Source: a virus (taxonomy: Duplodnaviria > Caudoviricetes). Taken from it: a DNA stretch of 64,000 nucleotides. Where the stretch lies: IMG/VR virus record IMGVR_UViG_3300032167_000048, one strand, 5' to 3'. Made by a program: the position numbers and the translations under genes. The notes under the pieces were generated by a model. That model was not told the DNA's origin. It ran no database searches and worked only from the letters and a program-made list of their open reading frames with translations. Shown here in pieces: positions 37,473 to 48,271 of this stretch. Position 1 is the first letter of the stretch. Each line of letters starts with the position of its first letter.

Positions 37473-38711
37473 ATGGCAACAAAAACATATATGTCTTTAG
37501 AAAGACTACAAGAATATGATGCTTTATTAAAAACTGAAATTGTGAAAGGCGATGAGTCTTCTCTTGAATCTGCTAAGGCATATACAGATGAAGCGATTGT
37601 CGATAAAGCAAATTCATCTGATGTAGAAATGCAGATTGACACATTGAGTTCACAGGTTGCTTTTATCGGAGATTCAAATGATGATATCGTTGTTGAAACA
37701 GAATTTGAATCATCTAATCTTGCTGGTACAATTCATCGTTTTACTGTAGAAGTAAACTGTGCCCCTATGTATATTCCAGAAGATAATTTGGGAGCAGAAT
37801 TTGCTGACGGAACTGAAATGTATACAGACTATGGCGTTTTAATTCTCCCTAAATCTTATACCGACAAAGGTAAGAAAACTCGTTTGGTAATTAGTGCTCA
37901 TGGTGGTGGTGGCACTGTTTCAGCAGATAGTTCTCAAGCAGAATATCAATCGATTTCGCAGTATCTTGTTGCTAATGGATATGCTGTAATGGACGTTAAT
38001 GGTCTTCCAGAACAATATGCCATTGATAAAGGCAATTTGAGACTTCAGGATTCTGTTGGCTCATATATTGCTATTCAGAGTCATATTAAAGCATATAATT
38101 ATTGCATGGATAATTTTAACTTTTATCCAGAAGTATTTTTAGTTGGAATTTCTGAAGGTGGTATTACAACTACTAATATAGTTTTACATAGTCACATTCC
38201 TGTTTTAGCTCAAGCTGGATGGAGTCCTGTATTAGATACTTATAATCAAATTTGGTTAGACCCTTGGCCTTGGTGCTCTGTAAATGGGCCTGGTGCGGTG
38301 TTAGCTACTGTTTATGGATTTGACCCTATTCCAGACGCGACTTCCACAAAAGACAGGCTTAAATGGACTTATGACGAAAAGAAAATTATGGGCTATAATC
38401 CTATGAAGAGCGGTGTAATTACTGGCTCAGATGGTTTAGAATATAGATATTACCGCTGTCCTGTTAAATTCTGGCATTGTATGGATGACGAAACTGTTAG
38501 ATATGAACCAACTGAAGCATTTATTAAAAGCATTCAAAATGCTGGCGGCACAGCTTATTTAAAATTATATGAAACTGGCGGACATGAAACTGCTTATGTT
38601 GGCGACCCAGTTCCAAACCCAACTGGTAATACAATTAACTTAAATGGTGAGGAGATTGAAATTAAACCAGTGTGTGAAGAAACTTATTTATTCTTCAAAC
38701 GATTTGAATAA
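37473..38711 (+). CDS. alpha/beta-hydrolase (esterase) fused to a fibre-type N-terminal anchor
   Basis: HGGG oxyanion motif, GISEGG nucleophile elbow, H..DD and GGH; N-terminal ESAKAYTD fibre motif. Confidence 0.75.
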   Translation: MATKTYMSLERLQEYDALLKTEIVKGDESSLESAKAYTDEAIVDKANSSDVEMQIDTLSSQVAFIGDSNDDIVVETEFESSNLAGTIHRFTVEVNCAPMYIPEDNLGAEFADGTEMYTDYGVLILPKSYTDKGKKTRLVISAHGGGGTVSADSSQAEYQSISQYLVANGYAVMDVNGLPEQYAIDKGNLRLQDSVGSYIAIQSHIKAYNYCMDNFNFYPEVFLVGISEGGITTTNIVLHSHIPVLAQAGWSPVLDTYNQIWLDPWPWCSVNGPGAVLATVYGFDPIPDATSTKDRLKWTYDEKKIMGYNPMKSGVITGSDGLEYRYYRCPVKFWHCMDDETVRYEPTEAFIKSIQNAGGTAYLKLYETGGHETAYVGDPVPNPTGNTINLNGEEIEIKPVCEETYLFFKRFE

Positions 38712-38725
38712 AAGGAGGAATTTAA

Positions 38726-40807
38726 ATGGCGGAAAATATTAAAGTTCGTTGGCTTGTTGACCACGAACAAACAAAAATTGCTCCCAAAACTTTGTCTACT
38801 CAGATTTTAAATGAAGACGGCACTAAATTTAAAGATACTATTGAAGATTCCGTTTCTGAAATTGATACAAAAATTGATTTACACAGCTCCAATAGTGAAA
38901 TTCATATAACTCCAGAAGAAAAGGCAAGCTATGTAACTGAAGAGTATGTTAAAAATTTATATACAACATTAAACTCAAATACAGTATTAGCATTTTATTG
39001 TGTTGAGGATGTAACAATCGTTACTAACGATATTCCTAAGACATATCCTGCAAACTCAAACGTTGAAGTTAGGCTTGTAGAGGGAGATACATTTGAGATT
39101 ATTCCAACATCGGATAATTCTATTTTATCATTAAGCGCGTTCCCTAGTGCTTTAGGAACATTTTACCCTTGGCTCGAAGGTGTTGCTCAGTTTTCAAACA
39201 TCTTATTTGATATGAATGATGAAGCCATGTATTCAAAATGGAGTCAAGGTAATCAAGGGGTATATCACGTTCAAAGCGCACAGTATTCAAATTGTATTTT
39301 TTGGAGTGATAATCCTTATATTAGCGATGTTTCCAGAAGAACAAATTACACATTAACGCACACATCAGAATTGCCATTGTGTTATTCAACTATTCCAGAC
39401 AATACATTTAAAAGCTTCTATTTGGCTGGTGGCGTAGTTACTGACCCAAACTGGGCAAACCAAGCGTATAAAGATAGTTTTGCGAAAGCGAATTGGGCAA
39501 CACAAGTATTCAGTTACTATGGCGCAAGAACAATTGGCTTGCCTAAGATGTTTGATATTATGCTGCCTAAAGACTGTAGAGGCTTAATGTTTGATGCAAG
39601 AAACATCGAAAACGCAGGAACTTTTAATGCTGTTAACACAACTAACTTTGGTGCAAAATCTGGAAGTTGGAGAGAAGCTTTTGGGGATTGTGTTTCTTTA
39701 AGAAGATTATATATTAAAAATCTTAAAGTCAGTTTGAATATATCATGGTCTCCAGTAGATTATGATTCTATTTCTTACATTATTTCATCAGCTGCAAATA
39801 CAAATGCAATAACAATATCCGTTTCTCCATATACATATAACTTATTAAGTCAATCTGATTTTGATTTAGCTACAAGTAAAAATATTACTATTGCATTGAT
39901 AACTAGTAATTATGTAGAAGACAGACGTTTAAGTGCTATTGCTAATAAGGCTGATGCAAATCATACACATGACGATTTATATTATACACAGATAGAAGTG
40001 GATACTGCTTTAAATGCAAAGGCTGATGCAAATCATAATCATGATGATGTTTATGATGCAAAGGGTTCTGCTTCTGATGCTCTTGATTCCGCAAAAGCTT
40101 ATGCGGATTCTGTTGCTGATACTGCTGCAAACAAAGTTAAAAATGACTTACTTAATGGAGCTGGCGGAGCATATGATACGTTAAAAGAATTGGGTGATTT
40201 AATTGACGTAAACGTTGATGCAATTGACGCTCTTGAAATTGTAGCAGCTGGAAAAGCCGATAAAGAACATAATCATGATGGTGTTTATGATGCAAGCGGC
40301 TCTGCAAATGAAGCTCTTGAATCCGCAAAATCATATACAGACGAAAAAATTGCGGCTATCCCAAAAGTAGATGCTTATACAAAAGCTGAAGTTGATGGTT
40401 ATCTTGCAAATAAAGCAGATAAAGAGCATACACATGATTTATATGAAACAAAAGAAGATGCTCAGTCAAAATACGATACTCTTAATACTAATAAGGCAGA
40501 TTCTGGTCATGGTCATGACGTGGCTACAACATCTGCAAATGGTTTTATGAGTGCTAATATGGTTACAAAACTTGAAAGTATTGAAATGGGGGCAAATAAG
40601 ATAGTTGTTGACTCTACATTGTCTACAACTTCATCTAATCCTGTTGAAAATAGTGTTGTTGCTACAGCAATTAATAGTGCTTCTTCTGCGATTGGAGCTA
40701 ATACAAGCTCTATTGGTGAACATACAACAGCTATTTCAAATCTTCAGACTGCTATTTCTGAAATTCAGGAAATTACAAGCGCAGAAATTCAGACTTTATT
40801 TGCGTAA
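38726..40807 (+). CDS. tail fibre protein with KAD..H.HD repeats
   Basis: H.HD repeats, AYDTLKELG motif, NGFMS..KL..I and S.NPVEN motifs typical of phage fibres. Confidence 0.65.
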   Translation: MAENIKVRWLVDHEQTKIAPKTLSTQILNEDGTKFKDTIEDSVSEIDTKIDLHSSNSEIHITPEEKASYVTEEYVKNLYTTLNSNTVLAFYCVEDVTIVTNDIPKTYPANSNVEVRLVEGDTFEIIPTSDNSILSLSAFPSALGTFYPWLEGVAQFSNILFDMNDEAMYSKWSQGNQGVYHVQSAQYSNCIFWSDNPYISDVSRRTNYTLTHTSELPLCYSTIPDNTFKSFYLAGGVVTDPNWANQAYKDSFAKANWATQVFSYYGARTIGLPKMFDIMLPKDCRGLMFDARNIENAGTFNAVNTTNFGAKSGSWREAFGDCVSLRRLYIKNLKVSLNISWSPVDYDSISYIISSAANTNAITISVSPYTYNLLSQSDFDLATSKNITIALITSNYVEDRRLSAIANKADANHTHDDLYYTQIEVDTALNAKADANHNHDDVYDAKGSASDALDSAKAYADSVADTAANKVKNDLLNGAGGAYDTLKELGDLIDVNVDAIDALEIVAAGKADKEHNHDGVYDASGSANEALESAKSYTDEKIAAIPKVDAYTKAEVDGYLANKADKEHTHDLYETKEDAQSKYDTLNTNKADSGHGHDVATTSANGFMSANMVTKLESIEMGANKIVVDSTLSTTSSNPVENSVVATAINSASSAIGANTSSIGEHTTAISNLQTAISEIQEITSAEIQTLFA

Positions 40808-40836
40808 TACGCAAAATATTAAAATGTGTAGATATT

Positions 40837-40861
40837 AGCCATGCTAAAAAGCATGGCTTTT
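40837..40861 (+). terminator. rho-independent terminator
   Basis: AGCCATGCT-AAA-AGCATGGCT followed by TTT. Confidence 0.65.
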
Positions 40862-40999
40862 ATTTATATATGTTTTAATAGAAAATATTGTGCATGATAC
40901 GTAGATGCATAACGTCAATATTAAAGCATATAAAACTATAATTTTATGAATGAAAAGAGAAACAAATTAATTATAAATTTTGAAAGGAGATTTCAAAAT

Positions 41000-43900
41000 A
41001 TGGGTAAAAAAATTTTTACAGATGAAAGTTTGGCTACGTTTGTAGACGAAACAAAATCATATGTAAATTCTGCTACGAATAAACTTAAAGACGATTTATT
41101 AAATGGAGCTGGAGAAGCATATGATACATTGAAGGAACTTGGTGATTTAATTAGCGAAAATACAGATGCAATTGATGCCCTTGAAATCGTTGCAACTGGC
41201 AAAGCAGATAAAGACCATGTTCATGATATTTATGAGACTAAAGAAAATGCTAAGATTAAATATGATGAGCTTAAAGCTATTCAACCAGATTGGAATCAGA
41301 ATGACGAAACAGCTTCCGATTATATTAAGAATAGAACACATTATGAAGAGGCTGATGTAAAAACTGTCGTTCTTGAAGAAACAATAGTTTATTGGGATGA
41401 CTTAAACTGGGGTTACCATATTGAAAAAGCGTTTACCCTTGAAGCAGATAAATTATATGAAGTAACTCTTAATGGTGAAATTTATGAATGTACATCAAGA
41501 GCAGATGGAGCACTTGGCGTTATTTTAGGTAATGGTTCTATGCCATTTAGGATAATGTGGAAAGCCTACGACCCTCATGTGACTGAAGTAACACATCTTC
41601 CAGAGAATAGTGGCGATTACACTTTTAAAATTTCTCGTATTGATAAAAAAGGCGGATTAAAGCTTATTGATGAAAAATTCATTCCAGATACTATTGCAAG
41701 AGTAGATTCAATTCCTCAGTCTGATTGGAATCAGAATGATGAGACATCTGTTGATTATATTAAGAATAAGCCATTCTGGAGCAAAATGGTTCAAAATACA
41801 ATAGTTTTATGCGATGTACAGAATGTAGATTGTGAAACCGCTAATGATTTTAGCGTTGTATTCTCGGATGCAAATGTTTCTCCTATTGTTGGTGCTACTT
41901 ATAATGTATCATTAAAAACATATCTTGATAATATAGATTGGGGAACACATTCGTGTGTATCATGGTTTCCAGAAAATGAACAAAACGGATATCTTGCGTA
42001 TATTGGTAATGGTAGTTTGTTTGGATATGACGGATATGGAGAAAGCGTTCCATTTCTTATAATTGTTTACTATAATGAAAGCAAAGGTAAGTATTACTGG
42101 AAAATAAGACTTGAAGTCGATGAGTCTATTGTTGCAAGACTTCCAATGAATGTAAAGATTGAAGAAGATTCGTCAATTGAACAAATTAAAAAACTTGACG
42201 AAAAATATATTCCAGATGCTATCGCAAGAATCGATTCAATTCCACAGTCTGATTGGAATCAGAATGATGAAACAGCTGTTGATTATATTAAGAATAGAAC
42301 GCATTATGAATCTACAAGTATTGTAAGAGGAGAAGAACTGTTTTCAGATAATAATATTAGTTTGTTATCTGATGGAGAGTATAACACATTAGATACTTAT
42401 ATAACAAATGATGTTGAACAATATGTGGAAGTTGTATGGGATGATGTTCCATATATGTGCGAAATAAAACAAAATGATGCTAAAAACGTATGCTTCGGTG
42501 ATTCTAATTTAACAGAATATCCATTTTATTATACTGAAGATGGAGCGTTTGATACAAAATTATATGCACGTACTGGAGACCATACAATTATAGTATATAA
42601 CTGTACAGTATCTGAGGTAATTAAGAAAATTGATAAGAAATTCTTACCAGACAGTGTTGGTGAAAATGTAGAGGGTCAGTCTTATGAGAATGTTGTAGTG
42701 GGATACGACCCAGACCCTTCAGTAGGCTTAGTTTATGCTGATAATATTGTTGCTGGAGAAGGTGCTGAAATTTTTAATGATTATTCTAATAATAGGGCTG
42801 TTGGTAAATTCTCTCACGCAGAGGGCGAAAACACACAAGCTAATGGGATGTCATCTCATGCAGAAGGTGGCAACACTATTACTGCTGGCGGATATACACA
42901 TGCAGAAGGCTGGAGTACTAAGGCGACCATGATGGCAGCTCATGCTGAAGGTCAGTTTTCTGTATCAACTGCTCAAGCTTCACATGCGGAAGGTTATAGA
43001 ACACTCGCATGGGGTATAGCTTCTCATGCAGAGGGATATGATGCAACAGCTGGCGGCCACTCTTCTCATGCAGAGGGCAATAATACAAAAGCTAACGGAA
43101 AATACTCCCATGCAGAAGGGGTTGGCACAACAGCTTCGGAACAAGCTTCTCATGCAGAGGGAAGTGAAACAACAGCTTCTGGAGAGGGTTCTCATGCCGA
43201 GGGAATATTAACTACTGCCTCTGGAGATGGTTCTCATGCAGAGGGCTTAGGTTCTATGGCATCAGGAAGCAACTCTCATGCGGAGGGAAGTACTACATAT
43301 GCAACAGGCGCAGCGTCTCATGCTGAAGGGAATAGCACATCTGCTTCAGGAATGTATTCTCATGCAGAAGGGCATGGTGCAAATGCAGTTGGAGCTGAGT
43401 CACACGCAGAGGGAAGCGATACTGTTGCAAATGGAAATGTGTCTCATGCTGAAGGTATGAACACAGAAGCTAACGGAAATATATCTCACGCTGAGGGATT
43501 CTACACTATTGCTTCTGGAGAAAATCAGCATGTTCAGGGAAAATTTAATATACCTGATGTAGACGAAGATGGTAATGCATTAAATAGATATGCTCATATT
43601 GTTGGTAATGGTGGAGATATTGACGAAGAATTAGGAGAATATAAACGTTCTAATGCTCACACTCTCGACTGGGATGGTAACGCTTGGTATCAAGGTGATG
43701 TTTATGTAGGTGGAACTTCTCAGGATGATGGAGTTAAATTAATTAAATCAACAGATATCTTGGAAGAAAAAGTTGGCAGTGATACATTAACATGGGACGG
43801 AGATACAACTGGTAAAGAACCAATGATTAGTAGTACTTTATATCTTATAACAGATAAAGTTCCAACTATTGATGATTTATCAAATGGCTTTGTTGAAACT

Positions 43901-44218
43901 TTAAGCGATGGAAGAACTTATGATACCATTTTATCACAATCAGACGAATGTATTACATTATATTCTGTAATCATAGCAATGAAAGACAATGCTTTAATTC
44001 CAAACAGCGCATCCGTATGTCCTAAAAAGGGTGTTTATTTTGGAAATGCTGGAGTGCACACGGCATCTCTTAAAATTAATGGATTTGCTTGGTCTACTGA
44101 TGTTAAGATTAAGGCTTCATACATTCCAGATGATTTAGAACTTATCACAGTAGATGACATTGATGCTATTTGTGGTGGCTCTATCGAATTTGCAAATATG
44201 AATGAGGGGGCGTTTTAA
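41000..44218 (+). CDS. tail fibre/adhesin with DWNQND repeats and YadA-head-like SHAEG repeats
   Basis: GAAAGGAG SD before ATG 41000; three Q.DWNQNDET..DYIKN repeats; ~17 14-aa (S)HAEG repeats. Confidence 0.75.
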   Translation: MGKKIFTDESLATFVDETKSYVNSATNKLKDDLLNGAGEAYDTLKELGDLISENTDAIDALEIVATGKADKDHVHDIYETKENAKIKYDELKAIQPDWNQNDETASDYIKNRTHYEEADVKTVVLEETIVYWDDLNWGYHIEKAFTLEADKLYEVTLNGEIYECTSRADGALGVILGNGSMPFRIMWKAYDPHVTEVTHLPENSGDYTFKISRIDKKGGLKLIDEKFIPDTIARVDSIPQSDWNQNDETSVDYIKNKPFWSKMVQNTIVLCDVQNVDCETANDFSVVFSDANVSPIVGATYNVSLKTYLDNIDWGTHSCVSWFPENEQNGYLAYIGNGSLFGYDGYGESVPFLIIVYYNESKGKYYWKIRLEVDESIVARLPMNVKIEEDSSIEQIKKLDEKYIPDAIARIDSIPQSDWNQNDETAVDYIKNRTHYESTSIVRGEELFSDNNISLLSDGEYNTLDTYITNDVEQYVEVVWDDVPYMCEIKQNDAKNVCFGDSNLTEYPFYYTEDGAFDTKLYARTGDHTIIVYNCTVSEVIKKIDKKFLPDSVGENVEGQSYENVVVGYDPDPSVGLVYADNIVAGEGAEIFNDYSNNRAVGKFSHAEGENTQANGMSSHAEGGNTITAGGYTHAEGWSTKATMMAAHAEGQFSVSTAQASHAEGYRTLAWGIASHAEGYDATAGGHSSHAEGNNTKANGKYSHAEGVGTTASEQASHAEGSETTASGEGSHAEGILTTASGDGSHAEGLGSMASGSNSHAEGSTTYATGAASHAEGNSTSASGMYSHAEGHGANAVGAESHAEGSDTVANGNVSHAEGMNTEANGNISHAEGFYTIASGENQHVQGKFNIPDVDEDGNALNRYAHIVGNGGDIDEELGEYKRSNAHTLDWDGNAWYQGDVYVGGTSQDDGVKLIKSTDILEEKVGSDTLTWDGDTTGKEPMISSTLYLITDKVPTIDDLSNGFVETLSDGRTYDTILSQSDECITLYSVIIAMKDNALIPNSASVCPKKGVYFGNAGVHTASLKINGFAWSTDVKIKASYIPDDLELITVDDIDAICGGSIEFANMNEGAF

Positions 44219-44766
44219 TGAGTGATTTAGTAATTATTGAACGTCAGGACGTTGTTTCTATTGCAGACGCTGTTCGTAGTAAAACTGGTGAAACCAAAGA
44301 CCTTACTATTGGTGAAATGATTGATGGTATTAAGTCTTCTAGCGGAGCTTCTGTTAATTTGGATGAAGAAGTTGCAACTCAGAACAATCTTATTGCACAG
44401 ATTCAAACAGCTTTGGAAAACAAGGTTGTAGGTTCTAGTGGAACATCTGTTGACACTTGTACTGTAAATTTTTGGAACGATATAATATATGGTCAAACAC
44501 GATTAAAATTCATAGTTTCAACTCTAAATGGAGGTAAAGTATGCGTGTCTAATACTGGGGAAATTGATGGCTTGAATAGTACTTCTTTAGAAAATGTAAT
44601 TTGTGGAAGTTTAGCTATGGTTATTCCTATAAATAGTACTTTTGGTGCAAGTGAACATACGGTATATATTGGTTCAAATACTGAAACTCCTATCGCAACA
44701 ACATACCACTATTTTACTATACCAAACGAACCAAATACAGAAATCAATATTTCAGTTGGAATGTAA
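44218..44766 (+). CDS. fibre-associated structural protein
   Basis: IADAVRSKTG...T..EM...I motif seen in phage fibre proteins. Confidence 0.55.
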   Translation: MSDLVIIERQDVVSIADAVRSKTGETKDLTIGEMIDGIKSSSGASVNLDEEVATQNNLIAQIQTALENKVVGSSGTSVDTCTVNFWNDIIYGQTRLKFIVSTLNGGKVCVSNTGEIDGLNSTSLENVICGSLAMVIPINSTFGASEHTVYIGSNTETPIATTYHYFTIPNEPNTEINISVGM

Positions 44767-44782
44767 TAAGGAGGGATAATTT

Positions 44783-45190
44783 ATGGATTATAAAGTAGAA
44801 TTACAAAATAATAATATTGACCTTGGTTCAATTCTTGAAGCCATAAACACACTTCCTGAGGGTTCTGGTTCTGGAAATAATTCATTTGTTTACGGCACAG
44901 TAACAACTTTATCAGATGATACTGCTGTTGTAGTTCCAGATGTTATTGGAAAAGATAATGTATTGCTAATATATTCAGATTTGTCAGACATTTCATCTAA
45001 TAGAGCTTGTGTTTGTAATGTTTGTATATATGATAATATTTGCGGCAATAGTATTGCATATCAAGGTGAAATCTTTACAACTTATGATGAGGGTTTCATA
45101 GAATATAATAAAAACACTGGAAGCATTGGATTAACATCTACATATAATGAAACATTTGCGGCTGGCAAATATGTATATGCAGCATGGTAA
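44783..45190 (+). CDS. fibre-associated structural protein
   Basis: LQ.NN.DL..IL..IN.LP N-terminal anchor; beta-rich C-terminus ending Y.Y.AW. Confidence 0.5.
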   Translation: MDYKVELQNNNIDLGSILEAINTLPEGSGSGNNSFVYGTVTTLSDDTAVVVPDVIGKDNVLLIYSDLSDISSNRACVCNVCIYDNICGNSIAYQGEIFTTYDEGFIEYNKNTGSIGLTSTYNETFAAGKYVYAAW

Positions 45191-45296
45191 AACAATAATA
45201 AACTGATAATAAAATAACACTTTTATAGGCTACTGGTTTAATAAATTAGTAGCCCTTTATTGTAAATCCTTATAAATATAAAAGGAGGAATAAAAA

Positions 45297-45521
45297 ATGG
45301 CAAATCAATCAATTTATAAAGCATTTGAAAGAATGTGGATGCATATTAATGCGAAAATTGGAAATAAGGCTGATGCAGAATCGGTTGCTTATATAGATAC
45401 ATATGATGGCTCTACTGATGTAGAGGCAGAGATGACTGTTTTAGAATTAAAGGAATATGTAGATAGTTCTATGCCTACATTTACATTAGATGGAACTACT
45501 TTGACAATAACAACAAAATAA
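45297..45521 (+). CDS. small structural protein
   Basis: AAGGAGG SD; ends FTLDGTTLTIT. Confidence 0.55.
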   Translation: MANQSIYKAFERMWMHINAKIGNKADAESVAYIDTYDGSTDVEAEMTVLELKEYVDSSMPTFTLDGTTLTITTK

Positions 45522-45533
45522 GGAGGCGTTTTT

Positions 45534-45764
45534 ATGAGTTTAATTGTAAATGGTACTCAAGTAGACAATATTATTTATAATGGCGTTTCCTTAGACAAGG
45601 TTATATATAACGGAGTTGTTGTTTGGGAAAGTTTTTATTTAGAAGATTTTGAAATAAGCTCAAATGGTAATGGCACATATACAATTACCGATTGGAAAGG
45701 AACACTGAATGGCGAACCAAGTACCAAGCTTATTATTCCTGACGATAGCAGATTAGTATTATAG
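45534..45764 (+). CDS. small structural protein ending in an LRR N-cap-like motif
   Basis: YNG repeats followed by YTIT.WKG..LIIP. Confidence 0.5.
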   Translation: MSLIVNGTQVDNIIYNGVSLDKVIYNGVVVWESFYLEDFEISSNGNGTYTITDWKGTLNGEPSTKLIIPDDSRLVL

Positions 45765-45770
45765 GGAGGG

Positions 45771-47150
45771 GTGATATATATGATTAATTTTAGAAATTAT
45801 CCTAATATTACAAATGTTATTATTCCAAATTCTATAAGTTTGTCAAGTGGTGATTTTAGTAACGCATTTAACAATATGACGAATTTAATTAGTGTTAATT
45901 TTAATCATCCTGATATAACTGATATGAGTTCTACATATTATAATTGCACTAATCTTACTGGTTCTCCAGTTTGTAGCAATGGTGTGACAAATATGAGTTA
46001 TGCATATTGTCGATGCGTTAATCTTACTGGTAATCCTGTATGCGGAAATAATGTAACAAATTTGGCTTATACATATCGTGACTGTTATGGTCTTACTGGC
46101 GCTCCTGTATGCGGAAATAATGTAACAAATTTGGCTTCTGCATATTATAATTGTTCTAAGCTTACTGGAGCTCCTTTATGTGGAAATAATGTAATAAATA
46201 TGGCTAATACGTATTATAATTGTTATGGTCTTACTGGGACTCCTGTATGCGGAAATAAAGTAACAAATATGTCTAGTACGTATGAAGATTGTAGTAAAAT
46301 AACTGGCATGCCAGTATGTGGAAATAATGTGCAAATAATGTTCAAAACATATTATGGCTGTGTAAGTCTTACTGGAAGTCCTGTATGTGGGAACAAGGTA
46401 ACAAATATGTATAGCACATATGAAGGTTGTCGTAAGCTTACTGGTAATCCTGTATGTGGAAATAGTGTGGTTAATATGATGTATGCGTATAAGGATTGCG
46501 AAAATATTACTGGAATTCCAGTATGTGGAAATAATGTAACAAATATGTATGGGGCGTATATAAACTGTCATAATCTTACTGGTTCTCCAGTATGTGGGGA
46601 TAAGATAACTAGTCTATCTTATACATATCATGGCTGCTATGGTCTTACTGGTAAGCCTGTATGCGGAAATAATGTAACGAATATGGCTTCTGCATATCGT
46701 AATTGCGATGGTCTTACTGGCTCTCCAGTATGCGGAGAAAAAGTGACTGACCTAGCTTATGCATATTGTAATTGTTATGGTCTTACTGGTAAGCCTGTAT
46801 GCGGCAACAATGTAAAAAGTTTAGCTTATGCATATTATGACTGCGATGGTCTTACTGGCGCTCCTGTATGCGGAAATAATGTAACAAATTTGGCTTATGC
46901 GTATTATAATTGTTCTAATTTAGTTGGTACAATGTATTGTTACAACAACAATATTACAAATGTAAAAAATTGCTTTTGGAATAAAAATAATAGTAAAAGA
47001 ATTATCATATATGCATATTATAATACAAAGACATGGAATGCTTTAACAACACAAAATGCTAATTCGTTATTTGGAGTTAGTGTTTCATTTGCGAGTAATT
47101 CTGTGTGTCATTATATTGCGAAACGTAATATCTATATACGTAGGTTATAA
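45771..47150 (+). CDS. Cys-rich BspA-like leucine-rich-repeat protein (14 x 22 aa)
   Basis: LTGxPVCGNNVTNM..AY..C repeats; 66-bp DNA period. Confidence 0.8.
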   Translation: MIYMINFRNYPNITNVIIPNSISLSSGDFSNAFNNMTNLISVNFNHPDITDMSSTYYNCTNLTGSPVCSNGVTNMSYAYCRCVNLTGNPVCGNNVTNLAYTYRDCYGLTGAPVCGNNVTNLASAYYNCSKLTGAPLCGNNVINMANTYYNCYGLTGTPVCGNKVTNMSSTYEDCSKITGMPVCGNNVQIMFKTYYGCVSLTGSPVCGNKVTNMYSTYEGCRKLTGNPVCGNSVVNMMYAYKDCENITGIPVCGNNVTNMYGAYINCHNLTGSPVCGDKITSLSYTYHGCYGLTGKPVCGNNVTNMASAYRNCDGLTGSPVCGEKVTDLAYAYCNCYGLTGKPVCGNNVKSLAYAYYDCDGLTGAPVCGNNVTNLAYAYYNCSNLVGTMYCYNNNITNVKNCFWNKNNSKRIIIYAYYNTKTWNALTTQNANSLFGVSVSFASNSVCHYIAKRNIYIRRL

Positions 47151-47200
47151 TGCTGTTATAAAAACAATATGAATTCAATTTTATAAAAGGAGAAAATGAT

Positions 47201-48262
47201 ATGAAAAGATATAATAAAAAGATTGATGTAATTATTCCAGCTTACAATGTGTCAGACAACATTCTTTTTAGATGCTTATCATCTATTGCTTGTCAAGATA
47301 TTGTTGAAGATATTGAGGTTACGATTGTAGACGATGCGTCTACCAAACAAAATTATCATAAGGTTGCAAAAAATTTTGAATCTATTATGAAAGTTAATAT
47401 TTTGCGTTATGAAACAAATGGTGGTGCTGGTGTTGCTCGTCAATATGGACTTGACAACACATCGAATGGATATGTAACATTTATTGATGCTGATGATACT
47501 TTTAATGGAGCTTTCGCATTGAAAGCTCTTAAAAAAGGCATTGAAATGAACAACGGCTTATATCATATGTGTGTAGGCGTGTTTGATGAAATTCATGAAA
47601 CAGATGTAAATCCAATGGATGCGCCTATTTTAATGCCACATGAATATGATATGGTATGGATGTTTGGTAAGCTTTATAGACGAAGTTTAATAGATAAATA
47701 CAACATTCATTTTCATGAAACTTCTCGTGCAAATGAAGATAATGGTTTTAACACAATGATTCGTCTTTGTTTATCAGAACAAGAACAAATTAATTTCATA
47801 CCAGCCCATGTTTATTATTGGCATGAAAACTTAAATAGTATTACAAGAGCTAATGATTGTCAGTATAGTTATGGGAGTTCTGAACGTGATAGTTTTTATG
47901 GATATGTTGAAAATATGATATTTGCAATTAAAGAAGCTAGAAAACGTGCTCCATATAATGGAATGATTACAATGTTTGCCGTAGATTGCATGATTAATAT
48001 TTATCAGTATTACATTGAATGCTATGCTCGTGCAAACGAACATGCAGAAACAAACTTTAAATGGTGTCAAAGATATTATGATGAAATATATAAATATTTA
48101 GAAAATGATATTTCTGAAGAAATTTTTGCACAGCAATATAATAATGTTATAAGAAATGCTTATATGGGTGACAAGATGAACGGAATCATCCCTTGTATGA
48201 GCATTTTTGAATTTTTAGAAAAACTTAAAAATAGTACTGAGATTGAAACTCAGGATAAATAA
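47201..48262 (+). CDS. family 2 (GT-A) glycosyltransferase
   Basis: VIIPAYN, VDDAS, GAGVARQYG, FIDADD and NED motifs. Confidence 0.88.
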   Translation: MKRYNKKIDVIIPAYNVSDNILFRCLSSIACQDIVEDIEVTIVDDASTKQNYHKVAKNFESIMKVNILRYETNGGAGVARQYGLDNTSNGYVTFIDADDTFNGAFALKALKKGIEMNNGLYHMCVGVFDEIHETDVNPMDAPILMPHEYDMVWMFGKLYRRSLIDKYNIHFHETSRANEDNGFNTMIRLCLSEQEQINFIPAHVYYWHENLNSITRANDCQYSYGSSERDSFYGYVENMIFAIKEARKRAPYNGMITMFAVDCMINIYQYYIECYARANEHAETNFKWCQRYYDEIYKYLENDISEEIFAQQYNNVIRNAYMGDKMNGIIPCMSIFEFLEKLKNSTEIETQDK

Positions 48263-48271
48263 AGGAGGAAT

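Noticed and set aside
42800-43500. 42-bp periodic TCTCATGCAGAGGG repeats
   Set aside because: They encode SHAEG adhesin repeats; not a non-coding array.
45930-46920. 66-bp periodic constant/variable pattern resembling a CRISPR array
   Set aside because: The period is a multiple of 3, it lies in an open frame encoding LRRs, the variable parts are homologous to each other, and no cas genes are present.
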